Origin: Parcubacteria group bacterium
Lineage (GTDB): Bacteria; Patescibacteriota; Minisyncoccia; Phycocordibacterales; Phycocordibacteraceae
NCBI GenBank assembly: GCA_028286945.1
Contig: JAQBQR010000028.1
Coordinates: forward strand, 1-51,755
DNA: 51,755 nt
Reading direction: 5' to 3'
Part shown: piece after piece, positions 28,124 through 37,475 of the stretch
Layout of the letters: every line of letters begins with the position of its first letter
How positions within the stretch are numbered: position 1 is the stretch's first letter
Notes under the pieces: model-generated
What the model saw: the letters and a program-made list of their open reading frames with translations, nothing else
Database searches by the model: none
Told to the model about the DNA's origin: nothing
Position numbers and translations under genes: made by a program

Positions 28124-28822
28124 TTATTTCTTCTTTGCAGTGGTAGTAGCAGTTGAGGTAGCCGTGCTTGTCGCGAAGAAGTCCTTAGGGAAGAGAGTTT
28201 CGAAGGAATTAAGCGTCGTAAATCCATACGATGTTTTTCCATTTATCACGAAGGCAGGGAAGTTCGGTTGAATCTTCTCAACGCTCTTAAGGGTGTCGAG
28301 TGCGCCAAGTGCAAGGTCATAGTCAAAGGCGTATACGCGAAGCTTTGGGTTCTGGTTGTGGAGATATGAGAGCGCATATACGGCACGGTCACAGTCAGCG
28401 CATGAGCCGGGCTTGTTTGAATAGAAATAGAGCACGACCGTTGGGTTTACGTGACAGGTTGCAGAGAGACGCTTCGTCAAAAGATAGTCGCGAATCTGGA
28501 GAAGGGTGTACTGCTTCTTAAGTTGAATAACCTGTTCGTTCGTACTGCCGAGCTGCGTCTCTGTTGAAGAGAGTCGGTCACCGAGGTTTGATACTTCCGT
28601 AGAGAGCGTATTGCCTTCAGTGAGGTTTTCACAAGGAGCTTCTTCAAGAAGCGCAAACTGCGTCTCTAATGAAAGAGTGTCTGTCGCAAGCTGATCCTGA
28701 AGTTCAGAAAGCTGAGCCACGCGCTGCTGGTTAAGGAAGTTAATGGCGTATATAACCGTGCCTATAAGCACGAGGGTGATTATGAGGGAGATAAGGAGGT
28801 TGCGGCCGAGAATTAATTTCAT
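28124..28822 (-). CDS. Membrane-anchored protein with coiled coil and C-terminal thioredoxin-like CxxC domain
   Basis: N-terminal TM; VLYFYS....CADC; FPAFVING. Confidence 0.65.
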   Translation of the reverse strand: MKLILGRNLLISLIITLVLIGTVIYAINFLNQQRVAQLSELQDQLATDTLSLETQFALLEEAPCENLTEGNTLSTEVSNLGDRLSSTETQLGSTNEQVIQLKKQYTLLQIRDYLLTKRLSATCHVNPTVVLYFYSNKPGSCADCDRAVYALSYLHNQNPKLRVYAFDYDLALGALDTLKSVEKIQPNFPAFVINGKTSYGFTTLNSFETLFPKDFFATSTATSTATTTAKKK

Positions 28823-28872
28823 AGGGTGATTTAAGCACGGACTGGGCTACTCGTCATGGGGTCAGGGGTGGA

Positions 28873-30132
28873 CTAACGCCAGCCGCGTCGCGTACCGGTA
28901 ATGAGATCATACATAGAACGAATGAGCCAGATAGGTGCGATCAAGCCGTAGAAGGTCATATACATAATAATACCAACGAACAAATTGCCGGATGTTTTTG
29001 AGATGTGTTTACCCACAAGCATGGTTGTCACTGCGCCCATGAGCATGATGAGTGAAAGAAGCATAATGAATGAGACGGGGAAGAATAGGAAACTAAACGA
29101 AACGTGGGGGGTAAGGGTATACAAAAGAGGAAAACCAGAAACAAGAGCGATTTGATTCCAGATGGCCTGAACCGTTCTAACAACGATCACACCGAACATA
29201 ACGATTCCCGAAACGTTTGCAATAAGTCCAATTGGAATCATGAACAACCCAAGCGTACCGAATTGCTTATTTCCAATCATGTGACGGTAGTCATAAATGA
29301 CGTTACGTAGAAAGCCGGTGGTCCAGCGCGTACGCTGCTTCACGAGCGCGCGAACGGTAAGCGGTGTCTTTGTATAGACACGAGCCCGCGGCGCGTTCTC
29401 CAAAATGTATCCCGCGTTCTGCAAGCGGAGTGCCATCTCAAGATCCTCGGTGTTATGGGCATTTCTAAAGCCGCCTACTTTGAGAACAATATCGCGACGG
29501 AAGAATGAGAAAGGCCCTGGGGTCACATACAGACCGTTGAGTGAAGAGATCACGTGGCGAAGGGTAATGCCGTGGATGTAGTCAGCATTCTGCATACGCT
29601 CCAAAAGAGTCTTTGGATCCCATACCGACATGGCGCAGGTGACGGCCGCAACTTTTTCATCATCGAAGTACGCAATTATTTCACGAAGTGCATCTGGCGC
29701 TACGTATGAGTCTGCGTCGAGACATCCCACATAGACTGCGTCGTGTGCCTTTTCAATACCCAGGTTCATCGCTGTGTGCTTGCCACCGTTTTCTTTATGA
29801 ATGACCGTGACCTGCGGATTCTCGGCGTACTGATCCATAACGGCCGGCGTGTTGTCCGTGGAGCCGTCATCCACAAGTATGATTTCCAATTTGTCAGCAG
29901 GGTAATCAAGGGCCAGCAATGACTCTACGGTTCCCTGAATAGTGTTCTGTTCGTTCCAGCACGGAACAACAACCGCCACCTTCGGCGTCTGTGTAGAAAG
30001 TGCTCGGGAACGACGCTCACGGGCGGGCTCAGAGAGGAAAGTAACTAAGAGAAAAACCTCAAAGAAAACTGCGAGGAAGATAAAGGGATAGGTGAGGGCC
30101 TCAACAAGCATATAGGCGAATGTTCTAGTCAT
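28873..30132 (-). CDS. Processive GT2 glycosyltransferase (IcaA/PgaC/cellulose-synthase-like)
   Basis: VVPCWNE, DDGSTD, NGGK, LDADS, TED, QRTRW; C-terminal TMs. Start may be ATG 30111. Confidence 0.9.
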   Translation of the reverse strand: MTRTFAYMLVEALTYPFIFLAVFFEVFLLVTFLSEPARERRSRALSTQTPKVAVVVPCWNEQNTIQGTVESLLALDYPADKLEIILVDDGSTDNTPAVMDQYAENPQVTVIHKENGGKHTAMNLGIEKAHDAVYVGCLDADSYVAPDALREIIAYFDDEKVAAVTCAMSVWDPKTLLERMQNADYIHGITLRHVISSLNGLYVTPGPFSFFRRDIVLKVGGFRNAHNTEDLEMALRLQNAGYILENAPRARVYTKTPLTVRALVKQRTRWTTGFLRNVIYDYRHMIGNKQFGTLGLFMIPIGLIANVSGIVMFGVIVVRTVQAIWNQIALVSGFPLLYTLTPHVSFSFLFFPVSFIMLLSLIMLMGAVTTMLVGKHISKTSGNLFVGIIMYMTFYGLIAPIWLIRSMYDLITGTRRGWR

Positions 30133-30164
30133 TCTACCAAAAAAGTGCGAATATTACAGGCACA

Positions 30165-30914
30165 ATGAGCGCCGGCCGTTTACATCCTATGTCCATCGCC
30201 ATCCGCGAGATTTCGGAGATTTTCGCGCGTATGGGCTTCGGTATTGCGTATGGGCCTGAGCTTGAAGATGAGTGGTACAACTTCGATGCACTGAACGTTC
30301 CGCCTGAGCACCCAGCTCGGGACATGCAGGACACTTTTTGGACGAAGGAAGAGAAACCACGCACGCCGCGTACGCACACCACGTCCGTAACTATCCGATG
30401 CCTTGAAAAAATGGCGAAAGAAGGACTTCAAGAAATGCGTATGATTGCTCCGGCAAAAGTGTTCCGCAACGAAGCAACGGACATGACGCACGAAGCGCAA
30501 TTTTTCCAACTCGACGGCTTCGCCGTCGGCCCTGTGGGTTCGGTGTCACTTGCGCATCTTAAAGGTACGTACGAACAATTTTTCAAAGAGTATCTGGGTC
30601 CGAATGCAAAAGTCCGTTTTCGTCCAAGCTTCTTTCCGTTCACCGAACCTTCGGTGGAAGTTGATGTTTGGTTTGAACCAGCAGGAAAGGAAGGTCGATG
30701 GCTCGAAGTTGCCGGCGCTGGAATGCTCCACCCAAACGTCCTTACTAATGGGGGATTGGATCCAAAGAAGTATGGCGGTTTTGCGTTCGGCGGTGGCATT
30801 GAACGTTTGATTATGGTGAAGTATGGCGTCCCAGACGTGCGTCTTTTCCATAACGGAGATATTCGCTTTGTATACGGCTTTGATGAGTCAGTGATAGGAG
30901 GAATGCCTGCATAA
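30165..30914 (+). CDS. pheS: Phenylalanine-tRNA ligase alpha subunit (catalytic domain only)
   Basis: NFDALN.P.EHPARDMQDTF, FRPSFFPFTEPS, GFAFG.GIERL. Confidence 0.95.
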   Translation: MSAGRLHPMSIAIREISEIFARMGFGIAYGPELEDEWYNFDALNVPPEHPARDMQDTFWTKEEKPRTPRTHTTSVTIRCLEKMAKEGLQEMRMIAPAKVFRNEATDMTHEAQFFQLDGFAVGPVGSVSLAHLKGTYEQFFKEYLGPNAKVRFRPSFFPFTEPSVEVDVWFEPAGKEGRWLEVAGAGMLHPNVLTNGGLDPKKYGGFAFGGGIERLIMVKYGVPDVRLFHNGDIRFVYGFDESVIGGMPA

Positions 30915-30917
30915 GAT

Positions 30918-32885
30918 ATGAAAGTTTCTCTTACCTGGCTTCAGAAATATTTTGCAGAACCGCTTCCTTCGGTGGATGTGCTCGTGGATACGCTCACCTT
31001 TCATTCAAGCGAAGTTGAGGAAGTGATAGGCGAAGGGGAGAATACTGTTTTCGATGTGAAGGTTCTTCCTGATCGCGCGTCATACGGACTTTCGCACCGT
31101 GGAATTGCATATGAGCTAGCAGCTGCATTAGACCTGCCTCTCGCAGAAGATCCGCTTCGCACGGCACTTCCTGACTGGAATGAGAAAAATGCCGGTGGGG
31201 AAGCTACAAAGATAACGATATCTATTGAAGACGCGGAGAAATGTCGCCGCTACATGGCAGCGCGCATCACCGGAGTGAAAGTTGGCCCTTCACCTGAATG
31301 GTTAAAGACTGGGCTTACGCGTATTGGGCAGCGTTCTATCAATAACGTGGTTGATGCCACGAACTACGTGATGCTAAACATCGGGCAACCACTCCATGCT
31401 TTTGATGCATCGAAGCTCGCAATAGCGACAGATGGCACTCATGCGATATCTGTCCGTGCAGCGCATGAGGGTGAAAAAATAACCACGCTCACTGGCGAAG
31501 AGTTTACGCTGACACCGGCGACGCTCGTGATTGCTGATGGCACAAATGACACAGCACTTGGAATTGCAGGAGTGAAGGGAGGCAAGGCTGCGGAAATAAC
31601 GGAAGCCACAACGGACCTTATTATTGAGTCGGCGAACTTTGATGGGACAAAGACACGTAAGACATCGCAAACATTAAAACTATGGACGGATGCAAGTCTG
31701 CGTTTCCAAAATAAACTTTCGCCGGAGTTTGCGGCGTACGGGATGCGAGATGTAGTGACGCTTATTTTGGAGCTCGCCGGAGGCGAGCTCCAGGGCGTCG
31801 TCGATTCTTATCCAAACCCCGAAGCACCCGCTTCTTCGGTTTTGATTACCCTCGGTATGCTTAACGGGCACCTCGGCACGTCATTTGTTTCTGATGACAT
31901 GACGAATGTGCTTAACCGTCTCAGCCTTTCATTCGAAGTTTCAACACAAAGTACCGGCGATTTTACGGCGAAGGTCACGCCATCATTTGAACGACGCGAC
32001 ATTGTTATCTGGCAGGACCTCGCCGAAGAGATTGGTCGTATTCTGGGATATGACCGCGTTGAGCCCGTTCTACTTCCTCCCATGCCTACAGCCCCGGATC
32101 AGACCCGCTACGCGGGCATTGAAGCCGTTAAAGACGTTCTCACCCAGCATGGCTTCACTGAAATCAGCACGCCATCATTCGCCGCAGAAGGGGAGATCGT
32201 ACTTGCGAATCCTCTTCAGTCAGAAAAGCCCTGGCTTCGCGCCTCTCTGTCAGCAAACATGACTGATGCTATAGCGCGCTCTGCGTCCGTGGCGCCACGG
32301 GTGCTTGGTCCTGACCCTATGCTGAAACTGTTTGAAATTGGAACGGTATTCACAAAAGAGGGCGAACACCTTTCACTTACGCTGGGGTATCGTCAGCTCA
32401 CGGGTAAAGCGTCTGCGGTGGTACTCACCGATGCCATCGATGCGCTTACATCAGCTTTTCCTGACGCAGGTATTCCACAACCAACCACCACTGTGGCAAA
32501 TTCAGAAGTGCTCGAGCTTTCTCTTAAAGACGTAGATTTCTCTGCCATCGGCAAAGACCACTCGTTCACACAGTACAAACTCGATATGTATCATTCGTTT
32601 TCACTGTACCCATCCGCACTTCGCGACATTGCAGTGTGGACGCCATCAGGTACGGAAGAATCTGAGGTCGCCCTTTTGATACAAGAGAACGCAGGGGACT
32701 TACTTGCGCGTATGGATCTTTTTGATAGATTCGAGAAAACGGATGATGCTGGAACGCGTACTTCATTCGCATTTCGTTTAGTCTTCCAAGCAAATGATCG
32801 TACGCTTTCAGACGTAGACATTGATCCACTCATGACCGCAACCACCGCTGCATTAAACGCTAAGGAAGGTTGGCAGGTACGTTAA
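30918..32885 (+). CDS. pheT: Phenylalanine-tRNA ligase beta subunit (short, lacks the B2 OB-fold)
   Basis: LSHRGIA.E, INNVVDATNYVM...GQPLHAFD, DLAEEIGRILGYD, RDIA...DRTL (FDX-ACB domain). Confidence 0.93.
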   Translation: MKVSLTWLQKYFAEPLPSVDVLVDTLTFHSSEVEEVIGEGENTVFDVKVLPDRASYGLSHRGIAYELAAALDLPLAEDPLRTALPDWNEKNAGGEATKITISIEDAEKCRRYMAARITGVKVGPSPEWLKTGLTRIGQRSINNVVDATNYVMLNIGQPLHAFDASKLAIATDGTHAISVRAAHEGEKITTLTGEEFTLTPATLVIADGTNDTALGIAGVKGGKAAEITEATTDLIIESANFDGTKTRKTSQTLKLWTDASLRFQNKLSPEFAAYGMRDVVTLILELAGGELQGVVDSYPNPEAPASSVLITLGMLNGHLGTSFVSDDMTNVLNRLSLSFEVSTQSTGDFTAKVTPSFERRDIVIWQDLAEEIGRILGYDRVEPVLLPPMPTAPDQTRYAGIEAVKDVLTQHGFTEISTPSFAAEGEIVLANPLQSEKPWLRASLSANMTDAIARSASVAPRVLGPDPMLKLFEIGTVFTKEGEHLSLTLGYRQLTGKASAVVLTDAIDALTSAFPDAGIPQPTTTVANSEVLELSLKDVDFSAIGKDHSFTQYKLDMYHSFSLYPSALRDIAVWTPSGTEESEVALLIQENAGDLLARMDLFDRFEKTDDAGTRTSFAFRLVFQANDRTLSDVDIDPLMTATTAALNAKEGWQVR

Positions 32886-32895
32886 CGCCCTCACC

Positions 32896-34059
32896 ATGGA
32901 GAAAAATCCAGCAACCATTCTATTTTTTGGTCGCCCTGGCGCCGGCAAGAGTACTCAGGCGGAATTACTCACGACCTATTTACAGGCGAACTATACTCGA
33001 CGAGTCGTGTCCTTCCTCTGGTCATATGTACGTGACGAGTTCATGCGAGGCAATACAAACGTACAAAAGAGACTTCAGGAAAATCACGCGGCTGGAAAGC
33101 TGCAGCCAAAGTTTTTTAGTGTAAGTGTGTGGGGTCCAGAACTCTTACGCGAAATGACGGGCAACGAGCACTTGCTTATCGACGGCGTACCTCGCCAAGT
33201 GTTTGAAGCTGAAGCGCTTGATTCCGCTTTTGATTTTTTCGACCGAAAACAGGTACTAGTATTCAACATGTATATTAGTCGTGAGAAAGCTGTTGCTCGC
33301 ATACGCCAGCGTGCAGCTACCGACGGACGCATAGACGACACAAATGAAGAAGTCGTTCAGCATCGCTTGGATTGGTTTGAGACAGATACCGTACCCGTGT
33401 TAGACATGTTCAAAAAGAATCCTCGGTATCGAGTAATTGATATTGATGCTGATGCTCCTAGAAGTACTATCCAAAGCCAGCTTGCCTCACATGTTGCAAA
33501 CATATACGGAGACGCAGAGAATATCGCTATTTCCCAAAGTGCGAAAACGCATGAGCCGGCGATTGTCGTCAGTATTGGAATACCTGGCGCGGGTAAGACG
33601 ACTATCCTCAAGCCACTTGCTGATCGCCACCAGTCTATCTATGTAAGTCGCGACGACATACGACAGGAATTTTTTGGAAACCCGCATCTTCAGCAAGACA
33701 AGGATCTTATTTGGAAAGAAGCCGAAAGGCGAGTGCGTGCTGCTCTTACTGCGGGAACAACCGTAATATATGACGCTACATTCGCTGAACAGAAGAAGCG
33801 TCGCGACTTCGTTGCGTCACTCAAAGTGATGGGATGGAAGAATGTTATTGGTTTTTACGTGGATACTCCAGGCGATGTTGCAAAGGAACGTAACCGAAGA
33901 CGTAACTTAGATAAGATAGTCCAAGACGACGTTATGGATACTTTTTACATTGAACCTTTGCACGAACACCCTCCTTCACTTGAAGATGGATTCACCGAGC
34001 TGTACACGCTTAAAGAAATCGCGAAATTTGAAGCCAACCTCCTAAAGTACGAGGATTGA
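32896..34059 (+). CDS. Adenylate-kinase-family domain fused to an AAA_33/polynucleotide-kinase-like P-loop domain
   Basis: GRPGAGKST, IDGVPR, GRIDD...RL in the N-terminal half; GIPGAGKTT, SRDDIR, DATF in the C-terminal half. Confidence 0.8.
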   Translation: MEKNPATILFFGRPGAGKSTQAELLTTYLQANYTRRVVSFLWSYVRDEFMRGNTNVQKRLQENHAAGKLQPKFFSVSVWGPELLREMTGNEHLLIDGVPRQVFEAEALDSAFDFFDRKQVLVFNMYISREKAVARIRQRAATDGRIDDTNEEVVQHRLDWFETDTVPVLDMFKKNPRYRVIDIDADAPRSTIQSQLASHVANIYGDAENIAISQSAKTHEPAIVVSIGIPGAGKTTILKPLADRHQSIYVSRDDIRQEFFGNPHLQQDKDLIWKEAERRVRAALTAGTTVIYDATFAEQKKRRDFVASLKVMGWKNVIGFYVDTPGDVAKERNRRRNLDKIVQDDVMDTFYIEPLHEHPPSLEDGFTELYTLKEIAKFEANLLKYED

Positions 34060-34129
34060 CGATACCCTTTATTTTCAGTATGTTCGTAGTGGGTAGTTGA
34101 TCCCATCCCATTAGATATAGGAGGCATCC

Positions 34130-34852
34130 ATGTGGCCAGGAGCAGATCCTGACGCAATCGTGGATGCCTACCGGCATCCAGTAAGTAAACCGAACGTAAC
34201 CGGCATACACGAAGGAAAAGAAGCACAGTTAAGCCCGGAAGGAGAACTGCAAGTTCAGCCCATGTGCGCGCATATGAAAAAACAAGGCGTGCGCCGCCTG
34301 TTCTGCAGCCAAGCGGACCGGGCACTCATTCCGACGATTGAGATGGCGACCAAGCACAGCCTCTCGATGCAGGCTGACGAACGGTTCGACGAATTTCTTC
34401 GCCCGGATTGGACCATCGGTAGAGAACCCGATGACCCAGAAGTGTCTGAATTTCGCCGCCGCCGCATTGAGTCCTTCAGTCCGAATTGTAAGCCCCTTAA
34501 AGGCGAACACGGGCTTCTCGATTCAGCCATGATCACCAGCAGCGGATTGCAGTTGCTTCTCGACACTGCGATCGAGCAAGAAGAAAAGCACCTGGGGCTT
34601 CTCACGCATGGCCTGCACCTCCGCAGGATCTTTGCGTGGATTATGTCTCGGGGAGACTTTGATCGCTTCGGGTGGTACTTTCAAGACTCCTACTACGTCG
34701 GGGGTCTCGAGAATGCCGCTCATCTTCGTTTTTGGTATGGACACCCGTTCCGTAACCTCTCTCGGAGATGCTGGAATGTCGAATTGGGCGACAACAGCTA
34801 TTTGCCGCTTGAACTTCAATCGTTTTGGCGACGAGAGTGGCTTGCCACCTGA
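34130..34852 (+). CDS. Histidine phosphatase (phosphoglycerate mutase) family protein, divergent
   Basis: YRHPVS..N...LS.EG..Q, CS...RA, DERFDE, LTHG; AGGAGG SD. Confidence 0.7.
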   Translation: MWPGADPDAIVDAYRHPVSKPNVTGIHEGKEAQLSPEGELQVQPMCAHMKKQGVRRLFCSQADRALIPTIEMATKHSLSMQADERFDEFLRPDWTIGREPDDPEVSEFRRRRIESFSPNCKPLKGEHGLLDSAMITSSGLQLLLDTAIEQEEKHLGLLTHGLHLRRIFAWIMSRGDFDRFGWYFQDSYYVGGLENAAHLRFWYGHPFRNLSRRCWNVELGDNSYLPLELQSFWRREWLAT

Positions 34853-34885
34853 ACTCCAATAGCATTGCGAAAGCAATACAAAACG

Positions 34886-34971
34886 GGCCCTCTTCGCATC
34901 ACACGAAGGGGGCCTGGTTTCTTTTATCTTTTCTATATAAAAAAGCAGCCCTTCACTTGCGTGAAGGGTGC
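34886..34971. terminator. Pair of convergent intrinsic terminators
   Basis: GGCCCTCTTCG...CGAAGGGGGCC + T-rich tail (+ strand); AAAAAAGCAGCCCTTCAC-TTGC-GTGAAGGGTGC (- strand). Confidence 0.75.
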
Positions 34972-35001
34972 AGGATTCGGACTGTCGCCACGCAATCGTG
35001 G

Positions 35002-35184
35002 CTATTGTTCGTCGGTGTCAGCTGACGGTAGCTGAAGCGGACCGTGGGACGCAATATCTGCGACCTCAAGGACCATGGCGAAAATGCCAACGGCGAAGAA
35101 CCAAATCACCATAGTGATGAGCCTCAGAACTCCCCGTGGCGTAGTGCCAGGTACTCCGCTCATTTGATCAGGATGCGTGAGCAT
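35002..35184 (-). CDS. Small orphan membrane protein (60 aa)
   Basis: GGGGAGGA SD 5 nt before ATG 35184; TM LITMVIWFFAVGIFAMVL; terminator downstream. Confidence 0.5.
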   Translation of the reverse strand: MLTHPDQMSGVPGTTPRGVLRLITMVIWFFAVGIFAMVLEVADIASHGPLQLPSADTDEQ

Positions 35185-35280
35185 GCAATTCCTCCCCAAT
35201 TCGGCATGAGTGCCTAATGAAAAGTATACGATTCTTGACGGAATTGTCAATTAATTGCAGGGGATAGGGAGCTTCATCTG

Positions 35281-35289
35281 TGCTATACT
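35281..35289 (+). promoter_or_regulatory. Extended -10 promoter of gyrB
   Basis: TGC-TATACT, 12 nt before the ATG. Confidence 0.6.
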
Positions 35290-35301
35290 ATTGATAACAA
35301 T

Positions 35302-37404
35302 ATGGCTAAGAAAGACGACGAAAAGACGACGAAACCCGCCGCCCCTAAGAAGGCAGGTGGCCAGTACGACGCCTCAAGCATTACTGTGCTCGAGGGTCTT
35401 GATCCCGTGCGTAAGCGTCCAGGAATGTACATTGGAACCACCGGTCCTGATGGTCTCCACCACCTCATTTGGGAAATCTTCGACAACTCACGCGACGAGG
35501 CCATGGGCGGATTCGCTGATGACATTGAAATTACCCTTCTTCCTGACGGGTACGTACGCGTCGTGGATAACGGTCGCGGTATTCCTGTGGGCATTCACCC
35601 TAAGACAAAAATCTCAGCACTTGAGATGATCATGACGACGCTTCACGCCGGCGGTAAGTTCGGTGGTGAGGATTCAGGATACAAAGTCTCAGGAGGTCTC
35701 CACGGTGTGGGAGCTTCAGTGGTTAACGCGCTTTCAGTACACACGAAGGTAATCGTTCACAAAGACGGTGCTATACACATGCAGGAGTATGAGATCGGTA
35801 AGGCGAAAGCAAAGGTGAAGCAAATTGGAAAGACGAAACATAACGGTACCGTTACTTTCTTCAAACCAGACGTTTCAATCTTCAAGGATGGTATTAACTG
35901 GAACTGGGATAAGATCGTCGGCCATGTTCGCCAGCAGGCATATTTGGTAAAGGGAACACGTATCAGCGTCGTAGACGCACGTGATTTAGAGAACGTAGAT
36001 CACGAAGAAGTTGCATACGTTCGTGAGCTTGGTCTTGAAGTTCCTTCGATGACCTTCTACTTTGAAGGCGGTCTTCGCTCACTTGTGGCGTTCTACAACC
36101 AGCATCAAACTCCCGTACATAAGAACATTTTTTACGTAGATCAAGAAAAGGATGATGTGGCGGTGGAGATTTCACTTCAATACATCGACGACATCAGCCC
36201 TCGTCTCATGGCCTTCGCAAACAATATTTATAACCCAGAGCAGGGAACTCACGTGACCGGTTTTAAAACAGCACTCACGCGAACCATTAATGCCTACGCG
36301 CGTACCGCAAAGCTTATTAAAGAAGCTGACGAAAACTTCACCGGTGAAGACGTGCTTGAAGGCATTACCGCCGTGGTATCCGTAAAGATGCCCGAGATTC
36401 AGTTTGAGGGACAGACAAAAGGAAAGCTCGGTTCTGTGGAAGCACAGGGAGCTGTAGCGAGCGTATTTGGAGAAGCATTCAGTTCATTCCTTGAGGAGAA
36501 TCCTGATGATGCGAAGGCAATCATAAACAAAGTATCGCTCGCGCTGCGCGCTCGTAAAGCTGCTAAAGCCGCTAAAGACTCAGTGCTCCGCAAGGGTGCT
36601 CTCGAAGGAATGACGCTTCCAGGAAAGCTTGCAGACTGTCAGTCAAAGAGCGCCGAAGAATCAGAACTCTTTGTGGTGGAGGGAGACTCTGCTGGTGGTT
36701 CTGCAAAAATGGGTCGCGACCGACGCACACAAGCCATCCTCCCACTTCGTGGAAAAATCCTTAACGTTGAGCGCGCGCGTCTTGATAAGATGCTTGCTTC
36801 AGAGCAGATAAAGAATCTGGTGATAGCCATGGGTACGGCCATCGGAGACATTTTCGATATTTCAAAACTTCGCTACCACAAAATCATCATCGCTACCGAC
36901 GCCGACATCGACGGAGCCCATATCCGTACGCTTCTCCTCACGCTTCTGTATCGCCACTTCCGTCCGATAGTTGATGGTGGGTTCGTATACATGGCCCAGC
37001 CACCGCTCTATAAGATCAAACAGGGAAAGAAGATTTCATATGCATACTCTGACGAAGAGAAATTCCAGGTTCTTGGGGGTGCAGATGTGGAGGTAGAAAT
37101 TGAAGGCGAAGGATCAGAAGCTGAGCCAGAAGTTGAAGAGGAGGGAGGTGAGGACGCTGCAGAGACCACGGCGAAGAAGGGACCCGCAAAGGCGTCTATC
37201 CAGCGATACAAAGGACTTGGCGAGATGAACCCTGAGGAGCTCTGGGAGACCACCATGGATCCCCAGCGACGTCTTCTTAAGCGTGTGACCGTAGATGACG
37301 CTGCTGATGCGGACCGTATCTTCGATATCCTTATGGGTACCGACGTGGCGAGTCGAAAGGCATTCATCCAGTCAAACGCGAAACTCGCTACGTTGGACGT
37401 TTAG
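35302..37404 (+). CDS. gyrB: DNA gyrase subunit B
   Basis: VRKRPGMYIG, DNGRGIP, LHAGGKF, SGGLHGVG, VEGDSAGGSAK, PLRGKILNV, DADIDG.HI, RYKGLGEM. Confidence 0.95.
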   Translation: MAKKDDEKTTKPAAPKKAGGQYDASSITVLEGLDPVRKRPGMYIGTTGPDGLHHLIWEIFDNSRDEAMGGFADDIEITLLPDGYVRVVDNGRGIPVGIHPKTKISALEMIMTTLHAGGKFGGEDSGYKVSGGLHGVGASVVNALSVHTKVIVHKDGAIHMQEYEIGKAKAKVKQIGKTKHNGTVTFFKPDVSIFKDGINWNWDKIVGHVRQQAYLVKGTRISVVDARDLENVDHEEVAYVRELGLEVPSMTFYFEGGLRSLVAFYNQHQTPVHKNIFYVDQEKDDVAVEISLQYIDDISPRLMAFANNIYNPEQGTHVTGFKTALTRTINAYARTAKLIKEADENFTGEDVLEGITAVVSVKMPEIQFEGQTKGKLGSVEAQGAVASVFGEAFSSFLEENPDDAKAIINKVSLALRARKAAKAAKDSVLRKGALEGMTLPGKLADCQSKSAEESELFVVEGDSAGGSAKMGRDRRTQAILPLRGKILNVERARLDKMLASEQIKNLVIAMGTAIGDIFDISKLRYHKIIIATDADIDGAHIRTLLLTLLYRHFRPIVDGGFVYMAQPPLYKIKQGKKISYAYSDEEKFQVLGGADVEVEIEGEGSEAEPEVEEEGGEDAAETTAKKGPAKASIQRYKGLGEMNPEELWETTMDPQRRLLKRVTVDDAADADRIFDILMGTDVASRKAFIQSNAKLATLDV

Positions 37405-37475
37405 ATTCACTCACGAGTCGCATAAAATAATCAAGCCGGGCGAGATATTCCGGTTTGTGTACTACAATTACGTCC

